DNA of 63,006 bases, filler included, from Nemertoderma westbladi (Eukaryota > Animalia > Xenacoelomorpha): NCBI GenBank assembly GCA_032718475.1. It is 4 parts of 4 records of this genome, joined end to end, with 100 filler letters (N's around TTAATTAATTAA, not from the genome) between each part and the next. Parts side by side here need not be neighbours in the genome. Positions count along the whole stretch, not along the records: positions 55,820 to 63,006 come from JAUCBJ010000976.1; 3 more parts are not named here. One strand, written 5' to 3'. The translations under genes and the position numbers were made by a program. Each line of letters begins with the position of its first letter. Position 1 is the first letter of the stretch. Below are positions 58,319-63,006 of this stretch, in pieces. The notes under the pieces were generated by a model, which saw nothing but the letters and a program-made list of their open reading frames with translations, was not told the DNA's origin and ran no database searches.

Positions 58319-59151
58319 TCCGTAACACTACTCAGACAGTAGTCATGATCCATTATTGATTATAAAACTAATACAGTAATAGGCCTAAATTATGTGAAAG
58401 GTACAGTATATCCACATTTTCCACAATCCTGCATTCCAGTTTGGCCTACAGTATCAATTATTTAAAATTTATTAGCACAACCGGTAGGCCTACAGTACCA
58501 TTACCGTATTTAAATGGTAGGCTACACAGTAGGCCTACCATTACCGTATTTAAATGGTAGGCTACACAGTAGGCCTTTAGCAGTACCGGTGCCGGTACCG
58601 GTACTAAAATACAGAAATACCTGCTTTATACCTACATCTGTACATACAATACAGCAAAATAGTGCTATATATACTAATACCGGTACTGATAGCCTGAGAG
58701 AACAGCAGTAGAGAAACCGGTAGCATGGAACCTAACATTAGACTTTTGGAGGACATAAAAAATCAAAAAAAAAAAGGACAAAAAAAGGATTTAAACGGAC
58801 AATAAAAATTATTGCGTATATAAATCATTAGAACGACGTAACAAGGGTGCTGATCTGCTGATGGGCGGGGTTGCATTCCCTCCTTGTTTTCTTTTGCAGA
58901 TAAAGTGTGTAAAAGCTTCCTATCCCAGGACATGGTGTAATGTGAAGATTACATTCATATTTGTCCCGTTATTGATATGCTAAATATGTTATTAAACTCT
59001 TTATATATTCCTAGGTCTGTAGGTACTGTCAGAATGTACAGTATCATGAAAGAGAACGTAACCATTCATTATCTATATTCAACCATTAAATTTATTGTTA
59101 TTGTTATTGCCCCATTTACTCAGACTATCTTTTGATTGCAACTATATCTCA

Positions 59152-59331
59152 AAACAATGGTCTATATTGTCTATAAACAATGGTCTATATTGTCTATAAA
59201 CAATGGTCTATTGTCTATAAACAATCAACAATGGTCTATTGTCTATAAACAATGGTCTATTGTCTATAAACAATGGTCTATTGTCTATAAAACAATGGTC
59301 TATTGTCTATTCTCTACTGTATAAACAATGG
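59152..59331 (+). repeat. 21-bp tandem repeat (AAACAATGGTCTATTGTCTAT)
   Basis: Direct reading of the sequence. Confidence 0.9.
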
Positions 59332-59440
59332 TTTTATTATGTAATATTCAACAAAAAACAAGTCTTACCGGTGGGATGGGATACCGGGTGGACAACCAGA
59401 CAGACAACGTCGATTTGTCCTGTACTAAACTACTGTACAG

Positions 59441-61140
59441 TACTACTACTACTACTAGGTCGAGCGAACTCGGACAGTGGAAATGAGATCCTTCCATAGG
59501 CTTCCCGATTCTCCATAGTTGTCGCAATTTCGTTTCTCCCAAGTTCAGTATCCCTTTCAAGTTGATCTATATATGTTATGGCCGGTCGTCCACGACTACG
59601 CTTTCCATGAGTTGGTTGCCAGAGAAGTAGATCTGGTATGACCTCGTCTTTACTTCGCCAGCAGTGCCCACTGAATCTTAATCTGCGTTCACGGAGGGTG
59701 GTTGATACAGGTGGTATTGTACCATAAAGCTCGGCGTTTGTCATGTGTTGTCTCCAGCTGATGTTTAGGGCTGCCCTTAGTAGTCTTGTGTAGCAACCAT
59801 CAATTCGTTGTTCAAGTGATTTAGTCAGTGTCCAGGTCTCACCTCCGTATAAAAATACACTTTCCACTGTGGCACGAAAGAACTTGGTCTTCAGGTGCCT
59901 GGAGAGATCTGATTTCCAGATGGCATCCATTTTTGATAGAGCTACCCAAGCCTTTGCTTTCCTAACTTCTATGTCCTTTTTGCTACTCTCTACCCATGAT
60001 CCAAGGTACTGGAAGTCATCGACCTGCCTTAGTTCATTATTATCAATGGTTGTCAAGTTTCCATCAACATTAAAGGTCATGAATTCGGTCTTGGTAGCAT
60101 TTATATGCAATCCAACCTCCTTAGCAGCCCTCTCCACTTTATTTAGTAGAAGCTGTGCATCTGCTAGCGTATTAGAGAGCAGGGCGATGTCATCCGCAAA
60201 GTCGGTGTCTGTGACTGTAGTTGCCGGATATCTACTACTTCTGCGTTCTTGAAGTGTGAATCCCAGATCTTCACCCTTTGTGGCCGTCCTCATTGCGTAA
60301 TCCAGCACAATTACAAATAGTAATGGTGCTAATGTGTCACCTTGCAGTACGCTAGCCAGGATTGAGAAAAACTCAGTTTCACCATCTGGTGAGAGTACCT
60401 GCGCTTCTGTGTCACAATATAGCAATCCAATGCCAGCAACAATTACTTCTGGTATTCCATAAGCTCTTAGGATTTCAAGCATTTTACCTCTATGGATGGA
60501 GTCGAATGCCTTCTTGAAGTCCACAAAAGTCATGACTGCGGGGAGATTCTTTGAATTGATTCCTTCAATCAGTCTCCGTAGTGCAAGTATCTGAGCTATT
60601 GTTGATCTACTTGGTCGAAATCCGTTTTGGCTCTTACGCAGTAGTTTCTCTATGTGAGGCCTAATCCTATATAGAATCATTTTATTGTATATTTTGGCAG
60701 CTACCACAAGCAGACAGATCCCACGATAGTTTGTTGGTATGCCGAGGTCTCCTTTCTTGGGGAGAGGCTTTAGTTGACCTTTAGTCCAAATTGGTGGTGG
60801 CTTTTCCCCTTTTAACATCCGGTTGCAAACATTCAATAATGGTCTATTTAGCACTCCGGTTTTCCATACCTCCGCTGGGATTTCATCTAATCCACTCGCT
60901 TTATTATTGGACATGCTTTTAATGCTTCTTTGGAGTTCGGCAGGTCTGAAGTCCCCTGTTTCTATAGGTAGTGTCTTGTCATATATTTTCCTTGTAGGGC
61001 TGACCTCGATGTTTGGTGGCTGCCCAAGCAAGTTGCTGAAGTGATTTTTCCACTTCCCAACACGTTCTTCAGGACTATCGGCTTTGAGGCGCCCCTTTGC
61101 ACAACTTTTCCGACCAGATACCTCATTTACAGTTTGCCAG
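59441..61140 (-). mobile_element. RTE family 2, 5'-truncated copy with an uninterrupted RT ORF
   Basis: KASGLDEIPAE, PLPKKGDL..NYRGI, QNGFRPSRST, FVDFKKAFDSI, VLQGDTLAP, DFADD, YLGS, LYGGETW, RLRFSGH, RGRP; (TAG)n tail. Confidence 0.95.
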
Positions 61141-62191
61141 GTAAGTCTTGTAGAAATTATTAATGTAATAATCAATTGTTAAGCAAGAAGTAAAAGCTTC
61201 ACCGGTTGGTACCGGTGAAGTGTCCACCGGGTGAATGCCCTCAGAGGTTACAACCTCTGGTTCAATGACCCCTCCTCATGCGCCCCTGTCGACTTGGACA
61301 GCAGTGATCGCATATCACTTAGTATATTGGTTATTGTAGAGAATGAAACACTATTCATCTGAATTTATCAAAACACTTTCACAGCTTATCATTGAAAACA
61401 TTTGATGAAATTAAACAGTTGACCTTCACGTTAACAATACCATGCCGAGCTGCCATGCTACAAGGCTGCTGGTTAATTTATTATACAACACTAGTTGCAA
61501 GCAACACTTAAGCGTCGTGCCTGCATGGTGGCACTGGGTTTGACAATAAGAAACCTATGCAATTGATACAGTACTTCAGTGTCCCAGTACTGCATCAGTG
61601 CAGTGTACTGCTGGTACTTACTTGTGGGAGACTAATCTTATTTAATTAATTAGATTATTGCATTAATTTAATTAGTGTTCTAGTCTAGATGTTTCCGGCC
61701 TTAAAACTACAGTACAGAGTAGGTGTTTCCTACTCTTTCCAGGCAACCAGGTGTTTCCGCTTATTTGTAGGCCTACATACAATTCAGTCCGTTGCCGAAT
61801 TTTGACAAATATGGCATATTCGGTTCTGGCTGAATTTGAAAATTTGAGTTGCCGAATATTTGGCCCAAATGACGACGGTAGAAGCAACATGGCTGTAAGG
61901 TAGATGGAATCTGATGTATTACGGTATGGCTATATGTGATATAAGACAGTTTGCACCTGTGCTTTTGCCTTATTTTTGCTCCATAAAACACTAAATATGT
62001 GACATATAATTAGGCCTAAGTAATGATAGGTGAAGTACGGAGTTCAAACCCCACTCGCCTCATATTTTTTTGTGACGACATTTTTACCACCCAAACGGGA
62101 CAAAATTATAATTATAACCTTACATTTGGTACTGGTATAAAACAAAAAATATACCTCTGATCGCGATAATATCAGGGTGTAAACGTTACGC

Positions 62192-62387
62192 CGACAACCA
62201 ACATCATACAACCGACAGCAGACAACCGACAGCAGACAACCGACAGCAGACAACCGACAGCAGATAACCAACAGCAGACAACCGACAGCAAACAACAGAC
62301 AGCCGACAACAGACAGCAGACAAGCGACAGCAGACAACCGAAAGCAGACAACCAACAGCAGACAACCGACAGCAGACAACCGACAAC
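62192..62387 (+). repeat. 14-bp tandem repeat (CAGACAACCGACAG)n
   Basis: Direct reading of the sequence. Confidence 0.92.
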
Positions 62388-62585
62388 CTAGTGCAAATTA
62401 ATTAGAAAACTAATTAGAAAACACAAGTAATGGAATAAATGCGAGCTGTTATTGTACAGTGTTAACGAGCGAGCGCGAAGAGAGGTTTACATAATATATG
62501 TCGGATCTTAAAATCTGTTTGTCCAATTATTAATGCAATCTTGTTACATTGTTAACTTATCGACGTTCTTTACGCTAAATCCAAT

Positions 62586-63006
62586 AATGGTGAAGACTTC
62601 AACTCAAACTCCAACGGCGTCAACTTAGCAAACTAAATTATTAATTTCCAGTCACATTAAGTTTATTGATTTAATGCAATTAATAGGATAGTTCTGAGAG
62701 AGGACAATTTTATTTGAAATTATACCTCAATTATTTGAATTATACCCCATGTTTTTTTGGGAATGCTATCGAAAGCTGAAAGTGCGAATTGTTCACCCTA
62801 TCAGAAAAAGGATAGCATTCACCCCTACTTTAACCTTTTCGATAACTTTCGCATAAGTTTCGGTAGCTTTCGGTAATAGTCCTCTTTCAGAACTAGAGAA
62901 CTATCCTATTAATTGCATTAAATCAATAAACTTAATGTGACTGGAAATTAATAATTTAGTTTGCTAAGTTGACGCCGTTGGAGTTTGAGTTGAAGTCTTC
63001 ACCATT
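62586..63006. repeat. Perfect inverted repeat of at least 110 bp enclosing a 207-bp TIR element (62689-62895)
   Basis: 62586-62695 is the exact reverse complement of 62897-63006; inner TIR tagttctgagagaggac / gtcctctttcagaacta. Confidence 0.9.

Noticed and set aside
62044-62386. Cys/Val/Leu-rich ORFs
   Set aside because: Translations of the 14-bp tandem repeat

Overview
AT-rich, repeat-dense eukaryotic (most likely invertebrate animal) genomic DNA. It consists of four contig segments joined by artificial 100-bp N-TTAATTAATTAA-N linkers (20397-20496, 43045-43144, 55720-55819), so adjacency across the linkers is not guaranteed. Host genes: an intronless PDS5 cohesin regulator, a tRNA-Gly(GCC), a small Lys/Arg/Ser-rich protamine-like ORF and a small signal-peptide/Gly-X-Y/GPI-type ORF. 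The rest is mostly transposon debris: RTE, RTEX-like, CR1/L2-like and CRE-like LINEs, Gypsy and BEL/Pao LTR remnants, piggyBac-, Sola-, Harbinger-, Tc1- and Kolobok-like non-autonomous elements, plus several minisatellites. Most notable: (1) two unrelated short elements coupling a tRNA-derived Pol III promoter to a minimal type I hammerhead ribozyme, one with the ribozyme just after the tRNA head (38795-39086) and one with it inside the tRNA between the A and B boxes, present as a divergent inverted pair (50762-51187); (2) a BEL/Pao element carrying a large extra downstream ORF with a DEDDy 3'-5' exonuclease domain (22218-24543). All family assignments are from motif recognition by eye; no database searches were run.
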